Source: Opitutia bacterium (lineage in GTDB: Bacteria > Verrucomicrobiota > Verrucomicrobiia > Opitutales > T3Sed10-336). Taken from it: a stretch of DNA of 49,071 nucleotides. Below are positions 28,684 through 37,937 of this stretch, one piece after another. Below the pieces are notes generated by a model. That model saw nothing but the letters and a program-made list of their open reading frames with translations. It was not told the origin of the DNA and ran no database searches. The DNA lies in assembly GCA_050506795.1 (NCBI GenBank), contig JBJHCF010000042.1, positions 1 through 49,071 on the forward strand, given 5' to 3'. Numbering within the stretch: the first letter of the stretch is position 1; the number at the start of each line of letters is the position of its first letter. Made by a program: the position numbers and the translations under genes.

Positions 28684-29472
28684 ATGGCAACCTACATTAT
28701 CGGAGATGTGCATGGCTGTTATCGCACGCTCATGGAACTCCTGGGGAAATTCGATTGGCGCCCCGGCGAAGATCGGCTGGTGTTCACCGGCGACCTCATC
28801 AATGGACCCAATTCGCTGAAGGTCCTTCGCTGGGCCTGCGAGAATGAGGTGGAGGCGGTGCTTGGAAATCACGATATTCATTTTCTAGCCGTGCTGGCGG
28901 GAGTGCGACGGGTGCGCAAGAAAGACCGGTTTTATGACCTGCTGCAGGCAGAGGACCGGGAAGAACTGGCGGAATGGCTGCGCACGCGTCCTTTTCTCAT
29001 TCGCCTCAACCCCGATGCTGTGGTCGTTCATGCCGGTTTGTTGCCGTGCTGGGATATTAACGCCGCCGAGCGGATTGCCGCGGAGTTGGCCGCCGCGATG
29101 CGAGGGTGTTTTCCGCAGGATCTCTTTCAGGACACCCCCGACCACTGGAGTGATGACCTGCCCTGGGCGGACCGTGTTCGCGTCGGGGTCAATGCCATGA
29201 CCCGCATGCGGGCGTTGACCGCCGACGGTCGAATGGACCTGTCATGCAAGAGCCCGCCGGAAGTTTTGCCCAAAAATCTGGTGCCCTGGTTCGCCGCACC
29301 CGACCGGGCCTGGCGAGGGACCAGGGTCTTTTTCGGCCATTGGGCCAGTCTGGGTCATCGCATCGCCGAAGGCGTGGTCGCCCTCGATTCAGGATGCGTC
29401 TGGGGCAACAAGCTCACGGCCTTTCGCCTTGAGGATCAGACCGTATATCAGGTCAGCAGCCAGAAACGGTAA
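28684..29472 (+). CDS. apaH: Symmetrical bis(5'-nucleosyl)-tetraphosphatase
   Basis: YIIGDVHGC, VLGNHD, VHAGLLP, NAMTRMR, FGHWASLG and LDSGCVWG..LTAFRLED motifs. Confidence 0.9.
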   Translation: MATYIIGDVHGCYRTLMELLGKFDWRPGEDRLVFTGDLINGPNSLKVLRWACENEVEAVLGNHDIHFLAVLAGVRRVRKKDRFYDLLQAEDREELAEWLRTRPFLIRLNPDAVVVHAGLLPCWDINAAERIAAELAAAMRGCFPQDLFQDTPDHWSDDLPWADRVRVGVNAMTRMRALTADGRMDLSCKSPPEVLPKNLVPWFAAPDRAWRGTRVFFGHWASLGHRIAEGVVALDSGCVWGNKLTAFRLEDQTVYQVSSQKR

Positions 29473-29488
29473 GGCGCAGCGGGGTGCT

Positions 29489-29815
29489 TCAGAGATGCGC
29501 CGAGAGCTTGTTCTTCAGGTCTTCTTTGTTCGTCATCCCCACAACCTGATCGGCGACGTCGCCGTTTTTGAAAAGCAGGAGGGTTGGAATCGCCCGAACG
29601 TTGTGGTCGGCGGCAATTTCGCCGTGGTCATCGATATTCACCTTGCAGATCCGGAGTTTGCCGTCGAGTTCATCGGCCAATTCCTCCAGCACCGGTGCGA
29701 TGGCTTTGCAGGGTCCGCACCAAGGCGCCCAGAAATCGACCAGCACCGGCTGGCCCGAGCTTTCGATCGTGCTCTTAAAGTTTTCAGCGTTCAGTTCCTG
29801 AATCTTGTCTGACAT
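29489..29815 (-). CDS. trxA: Thioredoxin
   Basis: VDFWAPWCGPCK and IPTLLLFKNG motifs; 108 aa. Confidence 0.97.
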   Translation of the reverse strand: MSDKIQELNAENFKSTIESSGQPVLVDFWAPWCGPCKAIAPVLEELADELDGKLRICKVNIDDHGEIAADHNVRAIPTLLLFKNGDVADQVVGMTNKEDLKNKLSAHL

Positions 29816-29820
29816 AAATC

Positions 29821-30540
29821 CTAATAGTTGGTGTACAAAAGATAGGCGAAGACCACCGCCACGCAGGCGGCAATCACGTCGATAGCCACGCCGGCGGGAG
29901 ACACCTTGCCTTTGTCACTATCGTCAACGACCGGTGCGGGTGTTGGGGTCGCGGCTTTTTTGGTTGCGGCTTTGGGCGGGGGAGGCGGCGCGCCGGGAGG
30001 ACGCGGCCGTCCGGCGCCCACCGGTTTGGGAATGGGGGGGCGCATCTTGGGCGGGGTCTGGGCCGGCTTCGGTGCCGCGGCGCCGGCTGCCGGCCCGGCG
30101 GCGGTTTCGGTCGGGGGTACCGGTTTGGCGGTGGGTGGCTCGGTCTCGGCGACCGGCTCTTTTTTTTCTTCGACGATTTTCTCCGCCGCGGCGGGTTCGG
30201 CTGGTTTATCCTCCTTTTTTTCCGCGGGTGCCTCCTGGGTGCGTGACAGTTTCAACTTCGAACCTTCGTCGCTCCTGGGGGGAGGCGGTGAGTCTTTTGA
30301 TTCGGCGGAGGAGGAAGGCGCCGATTCCTCGGATTTCTCGGCGGCTGCGGGCGTCTCCGATTTCGAGAGTCGCAGGGAGGGGCGGCTTTCGCCTTCTTTG
30401 GTGGCGTCTCCTTCCGCGGTCTTTTTCTCGATCTTCTCCTCAACTTCGGGCGGAAGGTCCCCGAGTTTTATTACGTTTTTCTTTTCCTCGCCTTCTTTGC
30501 GGGGTTCCTGCTTTTCGGGAGAGTCGTCTTGATTGCTCAT
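29821..30540 (-). CDS. Low-complexity Glu/Lys/Pro/Ala-rich protein with a single C-terminal transmembrane helix (start placed at ATG 30540)
   Basis: Charged then proline-rich tract ending in IAACVAVVFAYLLYTNY-stop; stop lies 5 nt before trxA. Confidence 0.7.
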   Translation of the reverse strand: MSNQDDSPEKQEPRKEGEEKKNVIKLGDLPPEVEEKIEKKTAEGDATKEGESRPSLRLSKSETPAAAEKSEESAPSSSAESKDSPPPPRSDEGSKLKLSRTQEAPAEKKEDKPAEPAAAEKIVEEKKEPVAETEPPTAKPVPPTETAAGPAAGAAAPKPAQTPPKMRPPIPKPVGAGRPRPPGAPPPPPKAATKKAATPTPAPVVDDSDKGKVSPAGVAIDVIAACVAVVFAYLLYTNY

Positions 30541-30577
30541 GGTTGGAAATGAGTTAACGTTGCGCGGAAGGGAATTG

Positions 30578-30817
30578 TCAAGCTGGCGTATGCCGGGCCA
30601 GGAGATCCCGAAGTTCCTTTGGTTCGACATCTTCAAGGCGTTTGCCCCGGGTGTCGAGGTGTTCCATGGTTTTGATCACCGTCTCGGTCATGCGGCCGTG
30701 GGTTTCCTCCGAGCCCCCGGCGATGCAAAAGCGCTCCGACTGCGTGATGCGTTTGTGCCCGTCCTCATTGTCGAGGCCCAGACCCAAAAGATAGGCGTTT
30801 GGTCGCTTGCTCTTCAC
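30578..30817 (-). CDS. Small hypothetical protein (79 aa), translationally coupled to scpA
   Basis: GTGA start/stop overlap with scpA; protein-like sequence LLGLGLDNEDGHKRIT...GGSEETH..M.E; fills the gap in a co-directional run. Confidence 0.75.
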   Translation of the reverse strand: MKSKRPNAYLLGLGLDNEDGHKRITQSERFCIAGGSEETHGRMTETVIKTMEHLDTRGKRLEDVEPKELRDLLARHTPA

Positions 30818-31650
30818 GACTCCAGTGTCGTTGAGCCAGAGGGATTTTCAAGCTCGTTTTCGTTTTTGGCCAGGCAATGGATGTCGCTGAAGTTTTCGTT
30901 CTGTATGACCTGGAGGTGTTTGAGGCGAACCAACTCCAGCAGGGCGAGAAATGTGGCCACCAACGTGCGGATGGAGACGGATTCACCTCGGAAAAGGGAG
31001 GAGAACAGAAACGAGGTCTCCCGGCGACTGCGTTCCAGCAGGAACTCCATGCGATCCGAAACACTGACCTGCTCCGCGGCGATTTCGCCCAGGACGAGTT
31101 TTTCCGAGAGGCGTTTGAGGACCTGGTTGAACGCGTACCAGAGGTCCAGTTTGTCCGATGGCTTCAGCGGGCGTTGTTCAGCCGTGTCGCGGCGCGGCAT
31201 TTCGACCTGACGGGGGATCATCGCGGCGGTTTCCTCGGCCAGAAGGTGGAGGTCGCCGGCGGCTTTCTTGAATTTCTGATACTCGAGAAGCTGGTGGACC
31301 AGTTCCCAGCGTGGATCGAATTCGTCCTCGGTATCGGGCGCCTCATTCTGCTGGTGACGGGGGAGGAGCATGCGGCTTTTGATTTCCATCAGGGTGGCCG
31401 CCATGACAAAAAACTCGCCCGCGACGTCGGGCTTAATTTCCTCCATGGCCCCGAGAATGTCGAGGTATTGGCTCGTAATCCGCTTGATGGGAATATCGTA
31501 GATATCGATCTCCTGCTTGCGGATCAGAAAAAGAAGCAGGTCGAGCGGGCCCTCGAAAGCGGGAAGTTTCACCGAATAATCGACGTTGGCGATCATGGCT
31601 TGAGGTGTGGTGACGGTAGCGGCGGTCGACATGGTCCAGGATTGAATCAT
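30814..31650 (-). CDS. scpA: Segregation and condensation protein A (kleisin)
   Basis: FEGPLDLLLFLIRK.EIDIYDIPI, FFVMAATLMEIKSRMLLP, LLEYQKFK and TFLALLELVR motifs. Confidence 0.95.
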   Translation of the reverse strand: MIQSWTMSTAATVTTPQAMIANVDYSVKLPAFEGPLDLLLFLIRKQEIDIYDIPIKRITSQYLDILGAMEEIKPDVAGEFFVMAATLMEIKSRMLLPRHQQNEAPDTEDEFDPRWELVHQLLEYQKFKKAAGDLHLLAEETAAMIPRQVEMPRRDTAEQRPLKPSDKLDLWYAFNQVLKRLSEKLVLGEIAAEQVSVSDRMEFLLERSRRETSFLFSSLFRGESVSIRTLVATFLALLELVRLKHLQVIQNENFSDIHCLAKNENELENPSGSTTLES

Positions 31651-31655
31651 TCAGG

Positions 31656-33761
31656 TTAGAAGCGTACCAGTGAGAGCGCCATCCCGAATTCGGCCGAGCT
31701 TTCGCGGCGGGCGCCGTTGCGGAGGGTGACCCGGTACTCCACGTCCCAGGTGTTTTGCAGCCGTTGTGTGAGCGAGTATCGCTGTTCGGTAAACAGATGC
31801 ACACGAGCATCGTAGCGTGCCTGTGCGCTGACTGCGTACACTTCGTTCAAGCGGTAGGAGTAGCGGGCGGCGTATTGCTCGATGGCGTCCTCGAGGTAGT
31901 CCGACCCCAGCGTCAGAGCCCACACCTGGGCGTCGGTCAGGGTAACCGCGGTATTGATCTCCGCCACGCTGAGCTCTTCGGGGTCCAGGCGGTTGAAAAG
32001 GTTGAAACGCAGCCAATAAACCGGGGTGAACACGATTTCAGAGTGCAGATCGGAGAATTCGTTCTCCGGGTTGCCCTCCGCGTCGGTCTCGCGGGAGAAC
32101 CGCCAGTCGTTGGCCAGGAAGACCGCGAGGAGATTGCGGGAGCCGTAATCGGAATCGCGGGTTTGGAAGTACTGGTCCAGCCCGAAACGCAGGCTGTGGA
32201 TTTCGTCGAGTTCGTCGATGTTGCGGATGCGTCCGAGGCGCAGCGGAGGAAGCTGGGTCGATTGTGCCCGCCGGTCTATGGCGGGGATAAAGGCTTCACC
32301 GCGGTCGGCCTTCGGGATGTAGCGGTATTGAAGTTTGGGTTCCACCAGATGGCGAATCCCGTCGATTCCCCAGAAGGCGTTTTCGTAATCGTAGAGCCCA
32401 TACCCGTAAAAGTTCACGTCCATGCCCACTTCCCCCAGCCAGCGGGTGTAGTTGTCACGGTCGCCTTCAGCCCGATCGTAGTGGGTGACCCGACCCCCCG
32501 CCGCCGGGGTCAGACTCATCCAGTCGCCAACCAGGATCGGGCGGTCGAGTCCGTAGTAGGCGTCCAGTCGCTCGCTACGTAACCTTTCGCGCTCCAGGGT
32601 GGGAGGGGGGCGCTCCTGCAGGTTCGCCGCGCTGAGCTGGTAGTTCTGGTAAATGCCGGCGGCGAGTTCGGTGTTCAGTCCGTCGATGCGCACTTCCGGC
32701 AACCTTTCCTGAACGGACTGGAAATCATTGGGCCGTCCGCGGGTGAAAAAGCTAAGGATCGTGTTGTCGCCCAGCCAGTTGGCTTCCAGGAACGTGTCCG
32801 GTTCCTGTTCTCTTTCGAAGAGTGAGCGGCGAAAATCCCGGGTCACCGAGGAATCGCTCCAGCCTTTGTACTGAATGGTGATTTCCAGGTTGTCCTCCCA
32901 GAAAAACTGGTTTCGCCAGTCGATGAAATGGCGGTGTTTGGAGATGTCCCGGTCCAGCAGGTCCGTTCCCAGTTCGCCCTGGTCGGCAATGTAACCGGAG
33001 CTGAAAACTCCGCTCAGATCGTAACGGTCGCGGCTCAGGTTGTAGTCCGCGCCCGGTCCTGCCATGACCCCGCGCCGGGAGTAACCGTCAACATCCACCC
33101 CGATCCGGCCCGCATCCGACACCGGAACCCGCACGCCCACCCGCAGCCAGGTGCCCAGGATTTTTTCATAACCGGCGCCGAGAGTGACGTCGGCGGGGAA
33201 TTCAGTCGGGCCGCGCTCGACGGATGGCCAGTAGAAGAAGGGAACCCGGCCGATGCGAAAGGTCAGGCCTTCCCCGCGAAAACGGCGGTCCTCGGTGACC
33301 GAGGCGTGGCGCGCGCGAACGTTGGGCGAGAAGGCCCGCGGCTCGTAGGCATAGAAAACCGCATCGGTGAACGTCAGCTGCTCCCGGGTACCTTCGACCT
33401 GCTCGCTTTCCAGAAAAAGCGGGTAAAATCCGAAGCGCACGTTTTCCCCTTCCGCCCGCCCCGCGTTGAGGTCGTAGGAGAGTTGGTCGGCGATCAGGCG
33501 GCCCTGACGGTACTGCACCACCGCGTCGCCCCGGGCGCGCGCCACCATGCGCTGCTGATTGTAAAGGATCTCGTTGGCGGTAAGGAAGGTGTCCTCGTAG
33601 ATCAGGCGGGCGCTGCCCCTGGCAATCAGCTCCTGTTGGCGAAAGTCGTATTCGATGGGGTCGTCGGAGATCAGCTCGATTCCCCACGCGGGCGCGGCCG
33701 CCGCTCCGGTCAGGAGGATCAGCGGGAGCCAGCGGATTTTGGTGCGAGCGAACGACGACAC
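31656..33761 (-). CDS. lptD: LPS-assembly outer-membrane protein LptD-like (start probably GTG 33761)
   Basis: Signal peptide; N-terminal OstA-like beta-jellyroll (LTANEILYN, LIADQLSYD, VPFFYWP); ERLPE and RHLVEPKLQY; beta-barrel ending in C-terminal Phe. Confidence 0.82.
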   Translation of the reverse strand: MSSFARTKIRWLPLILLTGAAAAPAWGIELISDDPIEYDFRQQELIARGSARLIYEDTFLTANEILYNQQRMVARARGDAVVQYRQGRLIADQLSYDLNAGRAEGENVRFGFYPLFLESEQVEGTREQLTFTDAVFYAYEPRAFSPNVRARHASVTEDRRFRGEGLTFRIGRVPFFYWPSVERGPTEFPADVTLGAGYEKILGTWLRVGVRVPVSDAGRIGVDVDGYSRRGVMAGPGADYNLSRDRYDLSGVFSSGYIADQGELGTDLLDRDISKHRHFIDWRNQFFWEDNLEITIQYKGWSDSSVTRDFRRSLFEREQEPDTFLEANWLGDNTILSFFTRGRPNDFQSVQERLPEVRIDGLNTELAAGIYQNYQLSAANLQERPPPTLERERLRSERLDAYYGLDRPILVGDWMSLTPAAGGRVTHYDRAEGDRDNYTRWLGEVGMDVNFYGYGLYDYENAFWGIDGIRHLVEPKLQYRYIPKADRGEAFIPAIDRRAQSTQLPPLRLGRIRNIDELDEIHSLRFGLDQYFQTRDSDYGSRNLLAVFLANDWRFSRETDAEGNPENEFSDLHSEIVFTPVYWLRFNLFNRLDPEELSVAEINTAVTLTDAQVWALTLGSDYLEDAIEQYAARYSYRLNEVYAVSAQARYDARVHLFTEQRYSLTQRLQNTWDVEYRVTLRNGARRESSAEFGMALSLVRF

Positions 33762-33849
33762 TAAAAACGGCTTAGGGAGGGGGGTGGGGGGACACAAGTG
33801 CAAATTGTCCCCGAACCGGATAACGGCATTGTCCGCGGATCCCGCGGCC

Positions 33850-33882
33850 AAAAAAAACGGCGGGTTGGAATGCCCGCCGTTT
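33850..33882 (-). terminator. Rho-independent terminator downstream of the ferredoxin gene
   Basis: Minus strand reads AAACGGCGGG-cattccaa-CCCGCCG followed by a T8 run, 27 nt after the fdxA stop. Confidence 0.85.
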
Positions 33883-33909
33883 GAAAGAAATGAATGTGGG
33901 GTCGCCGTC

Positions 33910-34212
33910 TCAGGCGGCGTTCGGGTCGACGCAGCGTTCGCCCTTCAGCGGTTCCTTGACGTCGACGATCACGTCGTATTTTTCACACTCATTGGCGTTT
34001 TCCTCAGTCCAGCTCGCCCATTTTTCCGGCACGTCATAATCCGGGAAAATGGCCTCCACCGGGCATTCGGGCACACACGCGTTGCAGTCGATGCAGGTCT
34101 CCGGGTTGATGTAGAGACGGTCCGGAGCCTCGTGGAATGCCTCCACCGGGCACACGGCGGCGCAGCTCGTATATTTGCAATCGACACAGTTCTCAGTGAC
34201 TACATAAGCCAT
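33910..34212 (-). CDS. fdxA: Dicluster (7Fe-type, FdxA-like) ferredoxin
   Basis: CVDCKYTSCAAVCPV and CIDCNACVPECP cysteine patterns; AGAGGAG ribosome-binding site upstream. Confidence 0.9.
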   Translation of the reverse strand: MAYVVTENCVDCKYTSCAAVCPVEAFHEAPDRLYINPETCIDCNACVPECPVEAIFPDYDVPEKWASWTEENANECEKYDVIVDVKEPLKGERCVDPNAA

Positions 34213-34276
34213 TTTAGATAGTACTCCTCTGGTTTTTATCTTCCCTGGTTTTGGGAACGTCTTTGAATCTGCCTTC

Positions 34277-34306
34277 AGATTGAATGCAGCGTTCGGCCAA
34301 TGTCAA
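34277..34306 (-). promoter_or_regulatory. Candidate sigma70-type promoter for fdxA
   Basis: Minus strand TTGACA-N18-CAATCT: perfect -35, weak -10. Confidence 0.35.
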
Positions 34307-34465
34307 CGCTTCAACTGCCGGAAAGCGTTCTTACGGGGCTAATCCGGCCCTCGATTCCACGCGAAGCAGAAATGGCTTGGCTGCAGTTTGATTCCAAGTG
34401 TACAACGGAAAGCCGGGAGGGGGCCATTCGGGCTCTAGAGTTTACCGGATTCGGAATCGTTTATT

Positions 34466-36715
34466 ATGATTATTAAAGAAACTGAATTACGACGTTTCCT
34501 GCGCGGCGAAGAAAAGGACCCCCACCGGATCCTCGGAATTCATTCGGCCCGCGCCGAGGGCAAAAAGGGTTGGGCCGTGCGTGCCTACCTGCGGGAGGTC
34601 GAGCGGTGTGAAATTGTTGTACTTGGTTCGGGAAGCGGAGAACTCCATCCGATGTCGCCGCTTGATGAATCGGGGTTTTTCGAAGGGTTCGTGGAGGGGG
34701 AGACAAGCGAGCCGTTTATGTATCAATTGCGAGCATACGACCGCAACGGAGAATTTCGGCAGTTTCACGATCCGTACGCTTTTCCTCCATTTCTGGGAGA
34801 ACAGGACCTCTACCTTTTCAACGAAGGCAACGAGCACCGAATCTACACCAAACTCGGCGCCCACGTGCGCGAGCACCGCGGGGTGTGGGGGGTGTCGTTC
34901 GCGGTGTGGGCGCCCAACGCGGACCGGGTGGCGGTGGTGGGGCCGTTCAACCACTGGGACGGTCATTACCATCCCATGCGCCACCTGGGAAGTTCCGGTG
35001 TCTGGGAGCTTTTCCTGCCCGGCCTGGGCGAGGGAGATATGTACAAATTCGAGATCCGGGGACGCGACGGAGTGGTCCGTTTGAAGACCGACCCGTTCGG
35101 CACCTACTTCGAGAGCCCCCCCCACAATGCCTCCATCGTGTACGATACCCGCCAGTACCGCTGGGGCGACGGGGATTGGATGGAGGCCCGCGCCAGGCGG
35201 GGCAAGGGCGAGCAACCGATTTCCGTTTACGAGGTCCACCTCAATTCCTGGAGAAGGGTAGTGGAGGACGGGAAACGACCGCTGACCTACCGCGAACTGG
35301 CGCCGCGCCTGAGCGAATATGTGCTGGCCATGGGGTTTAGCCACGTGGAGTTCCTGCCGCTCGCGGAGCACCCGTTTTCCGGGTCCTGGGGGTACCAGGT
35401 GACCGGATTCTTCGCCCCGACACACCGTTTCGGCGAACCCGCCGATTTTATGTACCTGGTCGATTATCTCCACCAGCAGGGAATCGGCGTCATTCTTGAC
35501 TGGGTGCCGGGACATTTCCCACGTGACGCTTTTGCCCTCCCTCTTTTTGATGGCACCCACCTGTTCGAACATGCCGATCCGCGCCAGGGTGAGCATCGGG
35601 AGTGGGGCACGCTGGTTTTTAACTACGGCCGCAGCGAGGTTCGCGGTTTCCTGGTGGCCAACGCCCTTGCCTGGATGGACCGTTATCACATCGATGGCCT
35701 GCGGGTCGACGCCGTGGCTTCCATGTTGTACCTCGACTATTCCCGCGAGGAGGGCGGATGGATTCCGAACAAGTATGGCGGAAGGGAAAACCTGGAGGCG
35801 ATCGATTTTTTGCGCATTACCAACGATCTGGTTCACAAGTATTATCCGGGTGCGCTGATGATCGCCGAAGAGTCGACCTCGTGGCCGGGGGTGACCAAAC
35901 CCACGGCCGATGGCGGCCTGGGATTCGATATCAAGTGGAACATGGGGTGGATGAACGACACCCTGGAGTATTTTTCCACCGATCCGGTTTACCGGAAATG
36001 GCATCACAACAAACTCACCTTCGGAATGCTGTATCAGTACTCCGAAAATTTCATAACGGTCTTTTCTCACGATGAGGTCGTGCATGGCAAAGGTTCCATG
36101 CTGATGAAGATGGCCGCCGGCACCATCGCCGAGAAAGCTCGGCAGTTGCGGGCGCTTTACGGCTACATGTGGACCTATCCCGGCAAGAAACTGCTCTTCA
36201 TGGGCAGCGAGTTTGGGCAGTCGTCGGAGTGGCGCTACGATCAGAGCCTCGACTGGCATCTCTGTGAGTACCTCGACCACGAGGGCATTCGGCGTCTGAT
36301 AGCCGATTTGAACCGGCTTTACCGGGAGGAACCCGCTCTCGCTTCCGGCGATTTTCGCCCCGAGTGTTTTCGCTGGATCAATGCCGGGGATTCGGACAGC
36401 AGCGTACTCACCTTTTTGCGTCAGGATACCTCGGGGAGCGAGTTCTTTGCCGTGGTGTGTCATTTTACGCCGGTATTGCGGCGTGATTACCGGGTGGGGG
36501 TTCCCCGCGCGGGTTTCTGGGAGGAACGCCTCAATACCGACTCCCACCATTACGGCGGATCGAACGAAGGAAACCAGGGCGGGAAGGAAGCCGAGCCTAC
36601 GCCCTGCGACGGTATGGAACACAGCCTGTCACTCACGCTTCCGCCGATGTCGGTCCTGGCTTACAAGTGGAAAGGGGTCCTGGAACTCGATGCAGTGGAG
36701 GATGACGAAGGTTGA
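34466..36715 (+). CDS. glgB: 1,4-alpha-glucan branching enzyme (GH13)
   Basis: FAVWAPNA, YEVHL.SW, SWGYQVTG, DWVPGHFP, DGLRVDAVASM, IAEEST, WNMGWMND and SHDEVVHGK motifs. Confidence 0.97.
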   Translation: MIIKETELRRFLRGEEKDPHRILGIHSARAEGKKGWAVRAYLREVERCEIVVLGSGSGELHPMSPLDESGFFEGFVEGETSEPFMYQLRAYDRNGEFRQFHDPYAFPPFLGEQDLYLFNEGNEHRIYTKLGAHVREHRGVWGVSFAVWAPNADRVAVVGPFNHWDGHYHPMRHLGSSGVWELFLPGLGEGDMYKFEIRGRDGVVRLKTDPFGTYFESPPHNASIVYDTRQYRWGDGDWMEARARRGKGEQPISVYEVHLNSWRRVVEDGKRPLTYRELAPRLSEYVLAMGFSHVEFLPLAEHPFSGSWGYQVTGFFAPTHRFGEPADFMYLVDYLHQQGIGVILDWVPGHFPRDAFALPLFDGTHLFEHADPRQGEHREWGTLVFNYGRSEVRGFLVANALAWMDRYHIDGLRVDAVASMLYLDYSREEGGWIPNKYGGRENLEAIDFLRITNDLVHKYYPGALMIAEESTSWPGVTKPTADGGLGFDIKWNMGWMNDTLEYFSTDPVYRKWHHNKLTFGMLYQYSENFITVFSHDEVVHGKGSMLMKMAAGTIAEKARQLRALYGYMWTYPGKKLLFMGSEFGQSSEWRYDQSLDWHLCEYLDHEGIRRLIADLNRLYREEPALASGDFRPECFRWINAGDSDSSVLTFLRQDTSGSEFFAVVCHFTPVLRRDYRVGVPRAGFWEERLNTDSHHYGGSNEGNQGGKEAEPTPCDGMEHSLSLTLPPMSVLAYKWKGVLELDAVEDDEG

Positions 36716-36881
36716 CCGCTCCCCGGGCGCCCCTCCGTCAAAACCCTGTTAATGTTGCCGCCGGCTCCTTTTGGAGTGTACGGCGGTCGTTAGCCGCACT
36801 AAGCAAATAGGCGTGCGAATTCGGCGCCGTCGGAAGAACGGCCGATCTTGCGTTCTTTATTTCCTCAGGGGAAAGTAGGCA

Positions 36882-37928
36882 ATGTTTGTTGATGAAGTAG
36901 TGGTGACGCTCAATGCCGGTGACGGCGGAAAAGGGTGTGTCAGTTTTCGACGGGAGAAGTACGAGCCCCGCGGTGGCCCCAATGGCGGCGACGGCGGTAA
37001 GGGCGGAGATGTCGTCCTGCTCTGCGTCGATGACGTCAGTGATCTTTCCTCCTACCGTTACAATCCGAACCACCAGGCTCCGAATGGGGAGCCGGGACGC
37101 GGATCGGATCAGAACGGCCGGGGCGGCGAGGATTGTGTCCTCAAGGTGCCGCCGGGAACCCTGGTGATTTCCGAGGCCACCGGCAAGCCGGTCGCCGACC
37201 TGGTGGAAGACGGGACTCAAGTGGTGCTCCTGCGGGGCGGTAACGGCGGTTGGGGCAATAAACGATTCAAGTCCTCCGTCAATCAGGCCCCCCGCCGGGC
37301 CAACGATGGCCTCCCGGGCGAACAGGGGCGCTTTCGGCTGGTGCTGAAGACCGTGGCGGAGGTCGGTTTGGTGGGATTTCCCAACGCGGGCAAGTCGTCG
37401 TTGACCAATATCATTACCAAGGCGCATCCGCGCTGCGCGGCCTACCCGTTCACCACCTTGCAACCTCAGATCGGCATTATCGAGTACCCCAGGCTTTTCG
37501 AGCGGGTGATTCTGGCCGATATTCCCGGATTGATCGACGGGGCCAGTCGGAATCGCGGACTGGGGCATCAGTTTCTCCGCCATATCGAACGCTGCCGGGT
37601 GCTCTTGATCATGGTCGATATCGCCGGGACGGAAGAGCGGGATCCACTGGACGATTACACCGCCCTTTTGCAGGAGTTGCGCCTGTATTCGGAGGACCTT
37701 TTGGATAAGCCGCGCCTGGTCGTGGCCAACAAAATGGACCTCGATGGCGCGACCGAGAATCTGGACCGTTTACGCCGGGAGGTCGATCTTCCGGTTTTGC
37801 CTCTCTCCTGCATCAGCGGCGAGGGAATCGACGAACTCAAACAGGCGATACTCGATGCCGTCCTGGCCGTCCGCAAGAACGACCCGGTGGCGCCGGGCCG
37901 GACGGAAACCGGAACTGAAACCGATTAA
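36882..37928 (+). CDS. obgE: GTPase ObgE/CgtA
   Basis: MFVDE..AGDGG.G.VSFRREK..P.GGP.GGDGG; GFPNAGKS; YPFTT; DIPG; NKMD. Confidence 0.97.
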   Translation: MFVDEVVVTLNAGDGGKGCVSFRREKYEPRGGPNGGDGGKGGDVVLLCVDDVSDLSSYRYNPNHQAPNGEPGRGSDQNGRGGEDCVLKVPPGTLVISEATGKPVADLVEDGTQVVLLRGGNGGWGNKRFKSSVNQAPRRANDGLPGEQGRFRLVLKTVAEVGLVGFPNAGKSSLTNIITKAHPRCAAYPFTTLQPQIGIIEYPRLFERVILADIPGLIDGASRNRGLGHQFLRHIERCRVLLIMVDIAGTEERDPLDDYTALLQELRLYSEDLLDKPRLVVANKMDLDGATENLDRLRREVDLPVLPLSCISGEGIDELKQAILDAVLAVRKNDPVAPGRTETGTETD

Positions 37929-37937
37929 CACACTATC

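Noticed and set aside
34487..36622. 711-aa antisense ORF over glgB (likewise 12066-13931 over the oxoprolinase and 37953-39701 over pilB)
   Set aside because: Codon-aligned shadow of well-supported genes in GC-rich DNA; no recognisable motifs.
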